Shown here one piece after another: positions 9,089-19,965 of a stretch of DNA of 64,000 bases. Position 1 is the stretch's first letter; each line of letters starts with the position of its first letter. The translations under genes and the position numbers were made by a program. The stretch is taken from positions 232,765 through 296,764 of the forward strand of contig CAZXJO010000001.1 in the NCBI GenBank assembly GCA_964641155.1, written 5' to 3'. The notes under the pieces were generated by a model. It ran no database searches and had not been told where the DNA came from. It saw only the letters and a program-made list of their open reading frames with translations. The DNA is from an uncultured Desulfurococcaceae archaeon (GTDB lineage: Archaea > Thermoproteota > Thermoprotei_A > Sulfolobales > NBVN01).

Positions 9089-10210
9089 TTAAGTACTGCC
9101 TCCACCACTTAAGTTCCTCAACGATCTCTTGTAGAATGTGAGGGGGTTTTTAACACCGCATTCAGCCACACACATACCTAAGCTCTTCATCTTATCACAA
9201 CTATACATTAAGTACTTCCGCTTAGAACCTCTCAAACCGGCTAAATGCTCTATTTGGTATCTGGTCAGCTTCTCGTTGAAGTCTGGTGCGTGTCTAAACA
9301 GGTCTATTATCTCTTCCATATCAGCTCCGATATTTATCATATAAACAGCTAATGCGAACCTCTGATGATGGGCTAAGTTCTCATTTCTCATCAACTTTTC
9401 GATGATGTTCTTAACACATGGAGGGTGAGCTTCCTCAACGACCTGATTAGCTACCTTAGATGGTGGTGTGTGGGACTCCTCACCAACCGCAGCCTTCACA
9501 GGCAACTCCTCCTTCAACATGTTTACTACGTCACCGATCCTTCCCTCAAGCCTAACACCACTTAAGTCAGGAACCGACTCCACCAGCTTGTGCTTAATGA
9601 ATTCCTGGAGAAGTCTTGAAACGTCTCTCTTGCCTAGGTAGACATAACCCCCCTTAACGTATTGATTAACGAGCTTCCATTTGGGTTCCGTCGTGAGCTT
9701 CGAGACCCCCGTAAGATACGTGGTTATCGGAACCCTAAATTGGAGACAGTGCACCACAGGTTTCGACGTCCTCACGTCGTAACCTACTACGACACGTTCC
9801 CCGCACATGTCTAGGTGACTGCCTAGAAAATCCAGTTGAATCCCGAAGATGTTGGCTACCTTAACGATGTTCTCCTCAGAGTCCCCTAGCAAGTACTCGT
9901 AAGACCTCTTAGCCTCAGCATCCGCGTACTTATACAGACACCACCTACCTAGAACTGAGGCCAGTATTAATCCGATGTAAAAAGCTGAAAGCTCCATCTC
10001 CTCAGAATCCGATGGCACGTATTTCGAATTCTTCAACGCTGACCTCACCCTAGCTATGGCCCGCTCCACGTACTCCTGCTTAACGTGCTCCACTAAGTAG
10101 GTGATAGGCACACGACCTTCATAGAATCTCCTAAGATACTCATTGAGGGATACCGTGAAGGGGTACTTAATGTACGGCGATAACTTCCGAATCGAGTCAG
10201 TCCCTCCCAT
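9089..10210 (-). CDS. priL: DNA primase large subunit PriL
   Basis: 373 aa. The C-terminal Fe-S domain pattern is HPPCVKNII...RFALAVYMINIG...YSCDKMKSLGMCV..CGVKNPLTFY. Confidence 0.85.
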   Translation of the reverse strand: MGGTDSIRKLSPYIKYPFTVSLNEYLRRFYEGRVPITYLVEHVKQEYVERAIARVRSALKNSKYVPSDSEEMELSAFYIGLILASVLGRWCLYKYADAEAKRSYEYLLGDSEENIVKVANIFGIQLDFLGSHLDMCGERVVVGYDVRTSKPVVHCLQFRVPITTYLTGVSKLTTEPKWKLVNQYVKGGYVYLGKRDVSRLLQEFIKHKLVESVPDLSGVRLEGRIGDVVNMLKEELPVKAAVGEESHTPPSKVANQVVEEAHPPCVKNIIEKLMRNENLAHHQRFALAVYMINIGADMEEIIDLFRHAPDFNEKLTRYQIEHLAGLRGSKRKYLMYSCDKMKSLGMCVAECGVKNPLTFYKRSLRNLSGGGST

Positions 10211-10272
10211 AGCTTCCTAAAATAATTTTTATTAATGAAAATATATATGTAACAACAACTTAGGTGTTTGAA

Positions 10273-11994
10273 ATGAAATTTAGTAAGTGGGTAGTGACGT
10301 CGGCGTGGCCGTACGTTAACACCGTACCGCACCTAGGTAACATGATTGGTAGTGTGTTGTCAGCCGACGTGTTTGCGAGGTACTTGAGATTACATGGCTA
10401 CGAGGTGGTGCTCGTCAGCGGGAGCGATGAGCATGGGACCGTTATAGAAGTCGAGGCTAGGAGGAAGGGTGTGGAGCCGCAGGAACTGACTAACGAGGCA
10501 CATGGTTATGTGAGCAAGCTATTCCGTGAGTGGGGCATATCATTCGATAACTACACCAGGACTGAGAGTGAAACACATAAGGAGTTCGTGAGCGACCTGA
10601 TGTTGAAGATGTACAAGAGGGGTTTCATAGAGGTTAGGGAGCAGATAATGCCGTACTGCGACGTAGATAACATATATTTGCCGGATAGGTTCATCGTCGG
10701 CATATGCCCCTACTGCGGATATGAGGATGCTAGAGGTGACCAATGCGATAGTTGCGGGAGATTGTTAAATCCTGAGGAGTTGGTTTCACCTAAATGTGTT
10801 TTCTGCTCAAGTAGGCCCATCTTCAAGGCGACCAAGCACTGGTTCTTCAGGTTAGATATGGTTGAGGACTTAGTAAGGGAGTGGTTGGAGAGGCATGAGC
10901 TGTTGGAGGACAACGTCAAGAACTACGCGATCTCATGGATTAAGATGGGGTTGAAACCGAGATCTGTGACAAGGGATAATAAGTGGGGTATTAAGGCACC
11001 CTTCCCAGGCGCGGATGATAAAACGATCTACGTCTGGTTTGAGGCACTATTAGGCTACATATCAGCCACAATAGAGTTTTTCAAGAGGGTGGGCTGTGAG
11101 GGAAGATGGCGTGAGTACTGGCTCAACAGCAACTCAGGTACGGCCTACTTCATAGGTAAGGATAACATACCCTTCCACGCGATTATATTGCCTGCGATGT
11201 TGATTGCGAGCGGTGACGGCTATAACCTACCTACGGTGATATCAGCTACTGAGTACCTGATGTTTGAGGGACAGAAATTCAGTAAGAGTAGGAGGGTCGG
11301 TGTCTGGATTGATGAGGCCTTAGAGATAGTGCCGGAACCTGATTACTGGCGATTTGCGTTGATTAGGATGAGGCCGGAAGGTAGGGACACTAACTTTTCA
11401 TGGACTGAGTTTGTGAGGATAATCAACAACGAACTAAACGATGATATAGGGAACTACATCCATAGGGTGTTAACGCTTATCAACAAGTTCTTCGGTGGGG
11501 TGGTGCCGACTCCTTCAAAGTACTCAAGCACTGACTACGAGTTCAGGGATAAGATCCTCGCCTCACTACGTAAGTACTGCGAGTACATGGACGTAGCTAA
11601 GATGAAACCGGCCTCAGACGCCATACTGGAACTCGCTAGGGCTGGGAATCAATACCTGAACGTTAAGGAGCCGTGGGCTAAAGCAAGAACTGATATAGAT
11701 GATGTCTCAACGACTCTGTACTTAGGGTTTGCTAGCGTGTACTGCCTGGGCCTGATGTTACTCCCTATAACGCCTAACTTTGCTTCAAACCTATTTAAGA
11801 TGTTAAACATAGATGTGAGTGAGCTAGGGCTTCGCTGCAATGAGGGCTTACCGCCAGCATCACCGCACAAAATAGGCAAGCCACAACCCCTCTTCAAAAA
11901 ATTGGACCCCAACTTCCTACAGAACATAGATTCAATAGTTAATGAGGCTAGGCACAGAGCTCAGCTGAAGAGGCCTGACATACTTAAGTGGTGA
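10273..11994 (+). CDS. metG: Methionyl-tRNA synthetase
   Basis: HIGH-type motif PYVNTVPHLGN, Zn knuckles CPYCGYEDARGDQCDSCG, KMSKS-type KFSKSRR. ATG at 10273; an alternative GTG lies at 10264. Confidence 0.95.
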   Translation: MKFSKWVVTSAWPYVNTVPHLGNMIGSVLSADVFARYLRLHGYEVVLVSGSDEHGTVIEVEARRKGVEPQELTNEAHGYVSKLFREWGISFDNYTRTESETHKEFVSDLMLKMYKRGFIEVREQIMPYCDVDNIYLPDRFIVGICPYCGYEDARGDQCDSCGRLLNPEELVSPKCVFCSSRPIFKATKHWFFRLDMVEDLVREWLERHELLEDNVKNYAISWIKMGLKPRSVTRDNKWGIKAPFPGADDKTIYVWFEALLGYISATIEFFKRVGCEGRWREYWLNSNSGTAYFIGKDNIPFHAIILPAMLIASGDGYNLPTVISATEYLMFEGQKFSKSRRVGVWIDEALEIVPEPDYWRFALIRMRPEGRDTNFSWTEFVRIINNELNDDIGNYIHRVLTLINKFFGGVVPTPSKYSSTDYEFRDKILASLRKYCEYMDVAKMKPASDAILELARAGNQYLNVKEPWAKARTDIDDVSTTLYLGFASVYCLGLMLLPITPNFASNLFKMLNIDVSELGLRCNEGLPPASPHKIGKPQPLFKKLDPNFLQNIDSIVNEARHRAQLKRPDILKW

Positions 11995-11997
11995 CTT

Positions 11998-12068
11998 TGT
12001 GCCCCGCCCGACTAACCGCCGTCATCTAGTCCACCGCGGACATTCGGGTGGTGTGTGGGGGACGGGGC
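11998..12068 (-). ncRNA. Candidate structured sRNA (H/ACA-like on minus strand) or metG 3' stem-loop
   Basis: GC-rich imperfect hairpin. A 9-bp lower stem (12001-12009 with 12059-12068, 1-nt bulge) encloses a 5-bp upper stem (12031-12035 with 12047-12051). On the minus strand, ACA follows the lower stem directly. The strand and function are uncertain. Confidence 0.3.
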
Positions 12069-12180
12069 CGTTTATATTAAACTACTGGGAAAGTAAAAAG
12101 TCGATCGTTGAGTCCCTCAGCTGATGTGCGACCCAAAATTATTTCGGATTTGAAGACTTTGGAAATGTTGCTTAATTGCT

Positions 12181-12639
12181 TTAACCGGAAATTTCGAGGG
12201 GCTCAGGGCCTCCCGATGAGGTCATGAAGTACTGAATTAACGTCCCGACCCTCCTTCTCAGTACGGATAGTTGGTAAGGGTATAGGTAGAGGTCACCTCC
12301 CGTATACGTAATGCCCAAGATCTTGGATATGAGTGATGCAGCATATTTATCTCTAACCAAAGCCACTGTCTCACTCATATCGACCCTTAACTCAAGAATC
12401 ATGGGCAGGAGTAGGTTGTTTAATTCTTCGTCACTTACGAGGCTGAGGATGCTGTTCAGTTCATCCTTCCTGAACATGTGGAGGCTTCCATCAGCACATA
12501 CCACACTAGGGTACTCCTCCTTAATAAGCTCACTCAACTTCTTCCTCTTCATAGGTAAGTATCTGTTAACAACCCTCAGTTCGTAAGCTAAGTACTTGTC
12601 TAAATACTCATCAAAGTTCGTTTTAGACAACTTCCACAC
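12181..12639 (-). CDS. UPF0216/DUF61 family archaeal protein
   Basis: 152 aa. The pattern VNRYLPMKRKKLSELIKEEYPSVVCADGSLHMFRKDEL...LLLPMILE matches the recalled DUF61 signature. It overlaps the atpD stop by 17 nt. Confidence 0.6.
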   Translation of the reverse strand: MWKLSKTNFDEYLDKYLAYELRVVNRYLPMKRKKLSELIKEEYPSVVCADGSLHMFRKDELNSILSLVSDEELNNLLLPMILELRVDMSETVALVRDKYAASLISKILGITYTGGDLYLYPYQLSVLRRRVGTLIQYFMTSSGGPEPLEISG

Positions 12640-13267
12640 CCCTTGATTCTAGGAGCTCCTTGATCTTCTTCATCCTGACCTTGTTCTCCCTCTCCCTTTC
12701 CTCGAACTTTACCTGCAAGTACTTGATGGTACTTAATATTCGTGGTATTAGGAAGTACTCAAGGGCGTTCGCCCTCCTCTTAGTACGTGATACCTCATTA
12801 CCGATCAACCTTATGCTTTCCTCGACCTCTGCTAACTTCACAACCAATCTGAGGGCTTCTTCATAGCACTTCATCGATAGCTCTATGGATATAGGTGCTG
12901 TTAAGTAGCTACTTACAGCTACCTTACGGGACTCAACGTCGTAGAACGGTAACTTAACGCCGGCGAAGATCCTAGAACCAACAACTAATGACTTGCTGAC
13001 GTACCTCTTGCTGATGTAAGACTCAACGGCGTCCGTGGTACATGTCAGGTACCCGCTCATCGCTAACTCTTGACACCTAGATAACTTTTCGTGAAGTTCT
13101 CTACGCGTCTGGATGGCTTCCCTAACCAATGATATTAACTCCTGCGAGAGAACCACTAATCTGTCTTTTAAGATCTTATGCAACCTCCTGGCAATGACTA
13201 ACCTCCTCCTAAGCCTAATTAACTCTATCTTCGTAGGTCTGACTATTTTAAGTGTTTGCTGCGACAT
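12623..13267 (-). CDS. atpD: A-type ATP synthase subunit D
   Basis: 214 aa. N-terminus VRPTKIELIRLRRRLVIARRLHKILKD is typical of subunit D, and it holds the last position of the K-E-C-F-A-B-D operon. Confidence 0.85.
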   Translation of the reverse strand: MSQQTLKIVRPTKIELIRLRRRLVIARRLHKILKDRLVVLSQELISLVREAIQTRRELHEKLSRCQELAMSGYLTCTTDAVESYISKRYVSKSLVVGSRIFAGVKLPFYDVESRKVAVSSYLTAPISIELSMKCYEEALRLVVKLAEVEESIRLIGNEVSRTKRRANALEYFLIPRILSTIKYLQVKFEERERENKVRMKKIKELLESRGVEVV

Positions 13268-14680
13268 CTACGCACCTGAGGACCCAATACTCCTATGAGC
13301 CGGATGGTACTTCCGTATGTAATCCATGCTTATGAGCTTTAACTCACTTTCAGGTAATGTGGCGAGTAAGTCCCAACCTATGTCGAGCGTTTCCTCTATA
13401 GTCCTCCTTTCAAACTCGCCTTGATTTATGAACTTCCTCTCGAAGAGGTCTGCGAAGTTTAAGTACTTCCTGTCCCTATCGCTGAGTGATTCGCCACCCA
13501 CTATTGCTGTAAGCTCCCTTAAGTACTGCCCCTCAGCGTAGGCGGATATCAACTGCATGAAGACCTGGTAGTGGTCCTCTCTAGTTTTCCCAGGACCCAC
13601 GCCGTCCTTCATTAACCTAGAGAGCGATAGGAGGACGTCGACAGGTGGGTACACACCCTTCCTGAAGAGGTCTCTGGAGAGCACTATCTGACCCTCAGTT
13701 ATGTACCCCGTTAAATCAGGTATTGGATGCGTTATATCGTCGTCAGGCATTGTGAGTATGGGCATCTGGGTTATTGAGCCCTTCTTACCGCTTATCCTGC
13801 CAGCCCTCTCATATATCGTAGCCAGGTCGGTATACATGTATCCCGGATATCCACGCCTTCCAGGAACCTCCTCGCGAGCGGCGCTCAACTCCCTCAACGC
13901 CTCACAGTAATTCGTCATATCCAACATCAAAACCAGTACGTGTGTGTCATACCTCCAAGCCAGGAACTCGGCAATGGTTAGTGCGACTCTGGGAGTAGCT
14001 ATCCTCTCTATAGTCGGTGCTGAGGCAGTGTTAATCAGCGAGACAACGTTCTCCACCGACGAGGCACTCCTCAACGAGTTTATGAAGTAGTACGCATCTT
14101 CGTAAGTAACACCTATGGCTGCAAATACCACAGCAAAACGCTCCTCAGAACCCCTAACCCTTGCCTGCCTAACTATCTGAGTCGCCATCCTGTTGTGCGG
14201 TAGCCCCGCACCGCTGAATATGGGTAATTTCTGACCTCTAACTATGGACAGCAAACCATCAATTGATGACAAACCAGTTTCTATGAATTCTGAGGGGGGC
14301 AACCTACTTGCCGGGTTTATGGGTACGCCATTAATATCTAAGAAGTCCTCAGGAACTATTCCAGGGCCTCCGTCTATGGGTCTGCCAAGGCCGTCCAGCA
14401 CCCTGCCGAGCACGTCAACAGCTACCGGTATTCTGAGGGTTTCCCCCTTAAACCTAACCTTAGACGTTTTAACGTTAACCTCACTAACGCCTCCGAACAC
14501 TTGGATTACGGTGACATCCCTCGAGACATCGATCACCTGTCCCAGCCTTGACTCACCGCTCTCTAACATGACCTCAACGATCTCACCGTAACTTATCCCA
14601 GGAATGGACTTCACAAATAACAGCGATCCCTTAGCACTTAAGACGCTTCTTAACTCCTTAACAGACAGCATATGGCTCAA
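13268..14680 (-). CDS. atpB: A-type ATP synthase subunit B
   Basis: 470 aa with non-catalytic B-subunit patterns ([44 protein letters not shown]). Confidence 0.95.
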   Translation of the reverse strand: MSHMLSVKELRSVLSAKGSLLFVKSIPGISYGEIVEVMLESGESRLGQVIDVSRDVTVIQVFGGVSEVNVKTSKVRFKGETLRIPVAVDVLGRVLDGLGRPIDGGPGIVPEDFLDINGVPINPASRLPPSEFIETGLSSIDGLLSIVRGQKLPIFSGAGLPHNRMATQIVRQARVRGSEERFAVVFAAIGVTYEDAYYFINSLRSASSVENVVSLINTASAPTIERIATPRVALTIAEFLAWRYDTHVLVLMLDMTNYCEALRELSAAREEVPGRRGYPGYMYTDLATIYERAGRISGKKGSITQMPILTMPDDDITHPIPDLTGYITEGQIVLSRDLFRKGVYPPVDVLLSLSRLMKDGVGPGKTREDHYQVFMQLISAYAEGQYLRELTAIVGGESLSDRDRKYLNFADLFERKFINQGEFERRTIEETLDIGWDLLATLPESELKLISMDYIRKYHPAHRSIGSSGA

Positions 14681-17600
14681 CCCACCGCCCTCATTAAATT
14701 GTTTAAGGATTCCTCTATCTCGTTAATGACGCTGTTGTAGAACTCTCTAAACTCCTTAGGATCTACTTCCTTCATCCTCGCGATTTTGACCCTGGCGGGT
14801 AGCTCCTTAATACTGTTTAAAGATACGCCGTGTAGTAATGCATCATAAGCCTTCCTATAGAACCTGAGTATTATGTCCATCATCAACAACGTTTTCTCAG
14901 GGGGTGAGTAGGAGTCTATGGGGTGGTAGGCACTTTGCTGCAGGAAGTCCTCCCTAATCATCCTGGACACCTCAAGTACGAGTTTATCCTGCTCTGGCAG
15001 GGCGTCAGGACCCACCAAACGGACTATTTCCATCAACTCAGCCTCCTTCTGGAGCAACCTTATGAACTCCCTCCTCAACTCACTCCAGGAGCTACCGAGC
15101 TTGGACCACCACGCGCTGACGTTATCAACGTATAACGAGTAACTCAATAACCAACTAACCGATGGGAAATGCCTTCTGTTAGCCAGCGAGACATCTAAGG
15201 AGATTAAAGTACCTATATACCTCAACGTGTTCTGAGTTACCGGTTCGCTGAAGTCTGCTCCCGGAGGTGAGACAGCCCCCACTATGGTCAGGGATCCGTT
15301 CCTGCTTGGACTCCCAACACATTCAACACGTCCCGACCTCTCGTAGAAGCTAGCAAGCCTAGAACCTAAGTAGGCTGGGAAGCCCTCCTCACCAGGCATT
15401 TCCTCCATCCTAGCGCTTATCTCACGCATCGCCTCAGCCCACCTAGAGGTTGAGTCAGCAACTAGGAGTACGTCATAACCCATATCTCTGAAGTACTCAC
15501 CTAAAGTAGCTCCTAAGAAGACGCTTGTCTCACGAGCTGCTACAGGCATGTTGGAGGTGTTGGCTATGAAGATGGCCTTCTCGTACAGCGGCCTACCGGA
15601 AGTCGGATCAACTAACCTCTTAAAGCTGTGCAAGGCATCAGCCATCTCATTACCCCTCTCCCCGCAACCTACGTAGATGTTTACTTGAGTCCTACTCCAC
15701 TTAGTCAGCGTCTGCAACAACACCGTATTATGGAATATCGTAGGTACGTAACCTCCAACAAAGTTATGAGTGCTGGGCACAACCAGGTCGTACACCACCG
15801 TAGGATTATGGATAACTTCCACCGATTTGACCTCATCCAAAGCTACACACTCATGAAGTCCTGAAACACCCTCAAGGCATTCGACAAGCTGATTCGAAGA
15901 ACCACTAACATTCATCGACATGGTCGTTAATTTAAGGGAAGCCCGTACCCCAACACTTTCCTCATCACATGGTCTGCTGCCTACGTAAGTACCCTCACTA
16001 CCTAGCGCCTCCTTAGGGACCACATCACGAACGTTCCTTAAGGCACCCATCGATGTAGGGAAAAACGCCCTAACCAGCCCTCCCTCATTACTACTGAGCA
16101 TGTGACCTCCCACTCCTCCCCAATCCTCAGCGGGGGCATCATTATGAAGGACTTTCTCAATGAATTTACGCGCTTCAGGAATCCTAGCTATGCAGATCGT
16201 GTTTCTCCCTTCACCTAAGTCCACGGTGTATAGGATGCCGAGCCTTGATAGCAAGTAGGTTGTACCTATAGCCAATTTCTTAGAGGAGGTTGTGAACTTT
16301 ATGACATCCCCGCTAACGGTTCCGCCGCCAAGGAACAATCCTCTAAGAAATGCCGTCACTACGTTGTTAGGAGCCCTCATAATAATTTCAGGAACCTCGT
16401 GTGTCTGTGGTTCCCCTACGTCGGGGATGCCGATGACCTTTAGCAATCTGACTACTAACGCTGACCGCACCTCCGCCCCGTTCGCGTTTCCGGACTCCTT
16501 TCTCTCAACCCCAAACACACTCTTCATCAAATCACTGACTCTTCGTAGGAGAACTTCATTGTTGCTGAAGAACATTACAGTCTGCCCGACGACCTTACCG
16601 TTAGACAGTATTAGACCGAGTAATTCAGCAAGCTCTTCAGTAACTCTGTCGGGTATCCTAACACTTTCCCCGCCCTCTCTCAATCCTAGTACTTTAGGAT
16701 GTCCTACACCCCCACCAACGATTCTGCTAACAGCAGCGATGAGCTTTAAAGGTATTGAAACTCCCTTGTGAACTAAAGCCTCTATCTCCTCCCTGGATAA
16801 GTTGGTCTCATCAACTAACTTGTCTATGGTACCCTCTCCCAACTTAAGTGATTGACGAAGTAATTCCCTAACCCTCCGATTAGTCTCCTCATCCCTGCTG
16901 ACGAGATCGTTGTAAACATTCAGCCTTTCTAAGGGTATCTCGGAAGCGGGTTCATCCCCAACCATCGGTATCTTTCTGGGGACAATGAGGAGCATCCCCG
17001 GCTTCAACTCCTTAGCTTTAAGCTCAAGCACCTTCCCATCAGGCTCATAGACCGGTAATCTATGGTCTGGGGTCACCTCAATTAACCTACCGCTGGAGGT
17101 CTTCACCCTAACTATTTCCTCAGTGAAGCCTCTATATACATGAGTCGCCACAGTAATCTTCAGTTCCCCACCACTGAATCCGTATACAGCTAGCGGCGGC
17201 TCTAACTCGTAAACCTCCTCAGCCACGCTTAAGTCTGGCTTACCTCCCTTAGCTTCCTCGAAGATTTTATCTATGATTTTAAGCGATCCGTCGGCCAACA
17301 GCACCGGTGTGCCGGGTACCACGCACTTACCTGAGCCGAACCCGCCCGGGACTGCCGCCTTACCCCCTACAGCTATGGGGAATAATGCGTCAAGAACTCT
17401 TGTGCCGGTCACTAGGAGCTCGGTAGGTTCTAACCTCCTGATGTATGGCCTTGCCTTCCTAATAGGCCACTCCTGATACATCATTACATCTAAGACTTCA
17501 TCACCTCTTCCAACTCTAGCTATGACTTCATCAACCCTGTAATCACCGTCGCTCACTAACTCCTTTAGGTAACCTGAGACGTTGGGCGGAACCATGATTT

Positions 17601-18045
17601 TATGCGTTATAAGTGGTGTCTCATCAACGTACCCTAAAACGTCGTTAGGTCCGACCTTATCACCTATTTTTAACCCCTTCTCCCTCCTGAAAAGCCATTT
17701 AACATCTCTAGGTAGTGGGGGTACTCTAACACCTCTCCTGACGAAGGGACCTGAAAGCACCTCCAACTCCGACAACGGTCTTTGAAGGCCGTCGAAGACC
17801 TTACCTATCAGACCCGGTCCCAACTCAGCTGAGAGCAACTTCCCGCCGCCCTCAACAGGCTCACCCACACTTAAACCCGACACGTCCTCGTATACCTGAA
17901 TGAATGCCCTGTCCCCTTGAATACCTATGATCTCACCTATCAGCCTTTCATTGCCCACGTAGACTACCTCATAGATCATCGAACCACGCATGTTCTCGGC
18001 AACGACTAACGGCCCTGAAATCCTCCAAATCCTACCTACGACCAT
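14677..18045 (-). CDS. atpA: A-type ATP synthase catalytic subunit A, interrupted by an intein
   Basis: 1122-aa ORF. The exteins (240 + 349 aa) reconstitute a normal 589-aa A subunit, with the P-loop GGFGSGK|[11 protein letters not shown] split by a 533-aa insert. Confidence 0.95.
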   Translation of the reverse strand: MVVGRIWRISGPLVVAENMRGSMIYEVVYVGNERLIGEIIGIQGDRAFIQVYEDVSGLSVGEPVEGGGKLLSAELGPGLIGKVFDGLQRPLSELEVLSGPFVRRGVRVPPLPRDVKWLFRREKGLKIGDKVGPNDVLGYVDETPLITHKIMVPPNVSGYLKELVSDGDYRVDEVIARVGRGDEVLDVMMYQEWPIRKARPYIRRLEPTELLVTGTRVLDALFPIAVGGKAAVPGGFGSGKCVVPGTPVLLADGSLKIIDKIFEEAKGGKPDLSVAEEVYELEPPLAVYGFSGGELKITVATHVYRGFTEEIVRVKTSSGRLIEVTPDHRLPVYEPDGKVLELKAKELKPGMLLIVPRKIPMVGDEPASEIPLERLNVYNDLVSRDEETNRRVRELLRQSLKLGEGTIDKLVDETNLSREEIEALVHKGVSIPLKLIAAVSRIVGGGVGHPKVLGLREGGESVRIPDRVTEELAELLGLILSNGKVVGQTVMFFSNNEVLLRRVSDLMKSVFGVERKESGNANGAEVRSALVVRLLKVIGIPDVGEPQTHEVPEIIMRAPNNVVTAFLRGLFLGGGTVSGDVIKFTTSSKKLAIGTTYLLSRLGILYTVDLGEGRNTICIARIPEARKFIEKVLHNDAPAEDWGGVGGHMLSSNEGGLVRAFFPTSMGALRNVRDVVPKEALGSEGTYVGSRPCDEESVGVRASLKLTTMSMNVSGSSNQLVECLEGVSGLHECVALDEVKSVEVIHNPTVVYDLVVPSTHNFVGGYVPTIFHNTVLLQTLTKWSRTQVNIYVGCGERGNEMADALHSFKRLVDPTSGRPLYEKAIFIANTSNMPVAARETSVFLGATLGEYFRDMGYDVLLVADSTSRWAEAMREISARMEEMPGEEGFPAYLGSRLASFYERSGRVECVGSPSRNGSLTIVGAVSPPGADFSEPVTQNTLRYIGTLISLDVSLANRRHFPSVSWLLSYSLYVDNVSAWWSKLGSSWSELRREFIRLLQKEAELMEIVRLVGPDALPEQDKLVLEVSRMIREDFLQQSAYHPIDSYSPPEKTLLMMDIILRFYRKAYDALLHGVSLNSIKELPARVKIARMKEVDPKEFREFYNSVINEIEESLNNLMRAVG
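15727..17325 (-). mobile_element. Intein in the atpA P-loop (VMA-type site), 533 aa
   Basis: It starts with Cys (TGC, 17325-17323) right after GSGK and ends ..IFHN (AAT, 15729-15727) followed by Thr. Block B is TPDH. LAGLIDADG-like motifs are [14 protein letters not shown] and [12 protein letters not shown]. Confidence 0.9.
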
Positions 18046-18048
18046 CGA

Positions 18049-18405
18049 CTACACCTCCACCGATATGCCTATGTAATGTCTGAGTAGTTGAATATAGTAA
18101 TCTTTAACTTTAAACTTGTTCGAGGTCCTTAAATCCGGTAGATATATCACCTTTAAAGTACTGGAGGGGTCGAGCAAGTCCTCAAGCACCTCCTTCAGCA
18201 CATCTTGCACTATAACCAGCCCCACACCCTCGTTTGTCAGCGTCGTTAAAAATTCTGCAACCACCTTCCTCAACTCCTTGGTATCGGCGTTCAAGTCAAC
18301 GACTAATACCTTACTCAAACCCATCAACCTAATACTCCGTACGTAGAGGTCGTCACCAACGGCCGCAATGCCCAACTTCTTAATGGTAGCTGCCATACGC
18401 ATCAA
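18049..18405 (-). CDS. atpF: A-type ATP synthase subunit F
   Basis: 118 aa. The pattern IAAVGDDLYVRSIRLMG plus synteny between C and A supports the call. The start may be the internal Met (18396). Confidence 0.7.
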   Translation of the reverse strand: MMRMAATIKKLGIAAVGDDLYVRSIRLMGLSKVLVVDLNADTKELRKVVAEFLTTLTNEGVGLVIVQDVLKEVLEDLLDPSSTLKVIYLPDLRTSNKFKVKDYYIQLLRHYIGISVEV

Positions 18406-19351
18406 CCAGAACTCCTAAAGACTTCTTCACGTATGCGGGCTCTAAACCATTCGTAAAGCTGTAGATGAGGTATGAGAGGAACGTCGCTTCCCACTCCTTG
18501 CCTAACATGTAAAGCAGTACGACGTCGTAGCTTAGTGGGCTGTACTTAAGAATCGAAGTCGTGTAGAAGTACTTAAACACGTAGCCTATGTAGTCGTACA
18601 AGCCTGCGTTTAAACTCTTAATTATGGGTCTATACACCGAGTAGTCGTAACGTTTGAATAGATCGCCGACGTCCTCACCTGAAACTGATTTCCGTTTGAA
18701 TGCCGTATCGAACATGTGGAAGTCCTTCAAAATACGTATGACTCTCCCCAAGTTTATGGAGTCCTTCAGCTTAAGGCTCTCCGAAACTAGGCAATTCCAG
18801 TAACGTTCGTTGAGCTCCATCTCTAACAAGTCTAGATCTACTTCCTCCAACTTATGGTCGGCGTAACGGTACAAGACGCTAGTAATTACAGAACTTTCAA
18901 ACTCCTTGCAGCCCCTCACAACATTAATTACGTCGAAGACCTCGTTAACATTTCGCAGCCCATCTTCAAGGCATTCGAATACGCACCTAGGTTTACTAAC
19001 ACCACCGACTTGCAAGTACTTAATACTCCTTACCAGCGCTGATATTGCGTACTTCGCTAAGTAGGTCTTAACAAATTTAATGAGATCTGGGGACGCCGTT
19101 CTGAGAACGTCGAAGAGCTCGTTAATCCAGCACATACTCAACTCGTTGAATAAATCATCAATGCTTAAACCCATACCTAACTTCACGTTCCCATACACGC
19201 ATCTGGCTACATCATAACCACTGAGAAACGCTAACACGTCGTCCAACCCCGTTACTTCCAATTCAACGATTTTTCTCACATCCCCCACGCTCAGCAGTTT
19301 GAAGTACCTCATCATTAGGCGGCACAGGGCTGAGAAATCACCTAGCTTCAA
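18380..19351 (-). CDS. atpC: A-type ATP synthase subunit C (assignment by synteny)
   Basis: 323 aa, in the position between E and F in the conserved operon order. No diagnostic motif was recognised. Confidence 0.55.
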   Translation of the reverse strand: MKLGDFSALCRLMMRYFKLLSVGDVRKIVELEVTGLDDVLAFLSGYDVARCVYGNVKLGMGLSIDDLFNELSMCWINELFDVLRTASPDLIKFVKTYLAKYAISALVRSIKYLQVGGVSKPRCVFECLEDGLRNVNEVFDVINVVRGCKEFESSVITSVLYRYADHKLEEVDLDLLEMELNERYWNCLVSESLKLKDSINLGRVIRILKDFHMFDTAFKRKSVSGEDVGDLFKRYDYSVYRPIIKSLNAGLYDYIGYVFKYFYTTSILKYSPLSYDVVLLYMLGKEWEATFLSYLIYSFTNGLEPAYVKKSLGVLVDAYGSYH

Positions 19352-19956
19352 GCACCCACCTCCTTGAAAACGGTTTTCTGGAGCTTACTTATGATTAAGT
19401 TCAAACCCCTCTCAATCCTGGTTAGGTATGTGTTATCCACTAACACACTGCCGTCGTAACTCTCAACAACGAGACCGCCGAGGTACTTATCATCCAATAA
19501 CCTAACCTCAATCACCTTCCCTAAGTCCTCTTCAACTAATATTTCCCTGATTAACTCCACGTCCTCCTTAACAACGTACACGACGAGCTTATCAAAATCT
19601 CTAAGGACTTCATGGTTTAATGACTCCTTAAGTAGGTTTTTTAGGGATTGCTTCCTTGCGGGCCTCGCCACGTTCCACAGCTTCTCGACCACTGTTTCCT
19701 TCACGTCCCTCAAGATTTCGTTCTTCAATGCGAGTAGTTCCATGTTCAACTTGAGCAATTCGTCGCTGTAGGCTTTTTCGTAGCTGTCTCTTAATTTCTT
19801 ATATTCCTTCTCGGTCTCCTCCTTAACCCTTCTTTCATATTCCTTCAGGCTAGCGGTTATTAGTTCCTTAGCCTTTGCCTCAGCGTTCCTTATAATTTCG
19901 TCAGCCCTTTCCCTAGCCTTCGAAATTATTCCCTCCCTTAAGGACTCAATACCCAT
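19348..19956 (-). CDS. atpE: A-type ATP synthase subunit E
   Basis: 202 aa with a charged coiled-coil N-terminus (ERADEIIRNAEAKAKELI.., KEYERRVKEE), plus synteny. Confidence 0.7.
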   Translation of the reverse strand: MGIESLREGIISKARERADEIIRNAEAKAKELITASLKEYERRVKEETEKEYKKLRDSYEKAYSDELLKLNMELLALKNEILRDVKETVVEKLWNVARPARKQSLKNLLKESLNHEVLRDFDKLVVYVVKEDVELIREILVEEDLGKVIEVRLLDDKYLGGLVVESYDGSVLVDNTYLTRIERGLNLIISKLQKTVFKEVGA

Positions 19957-19965
19957 TTAAAACCC

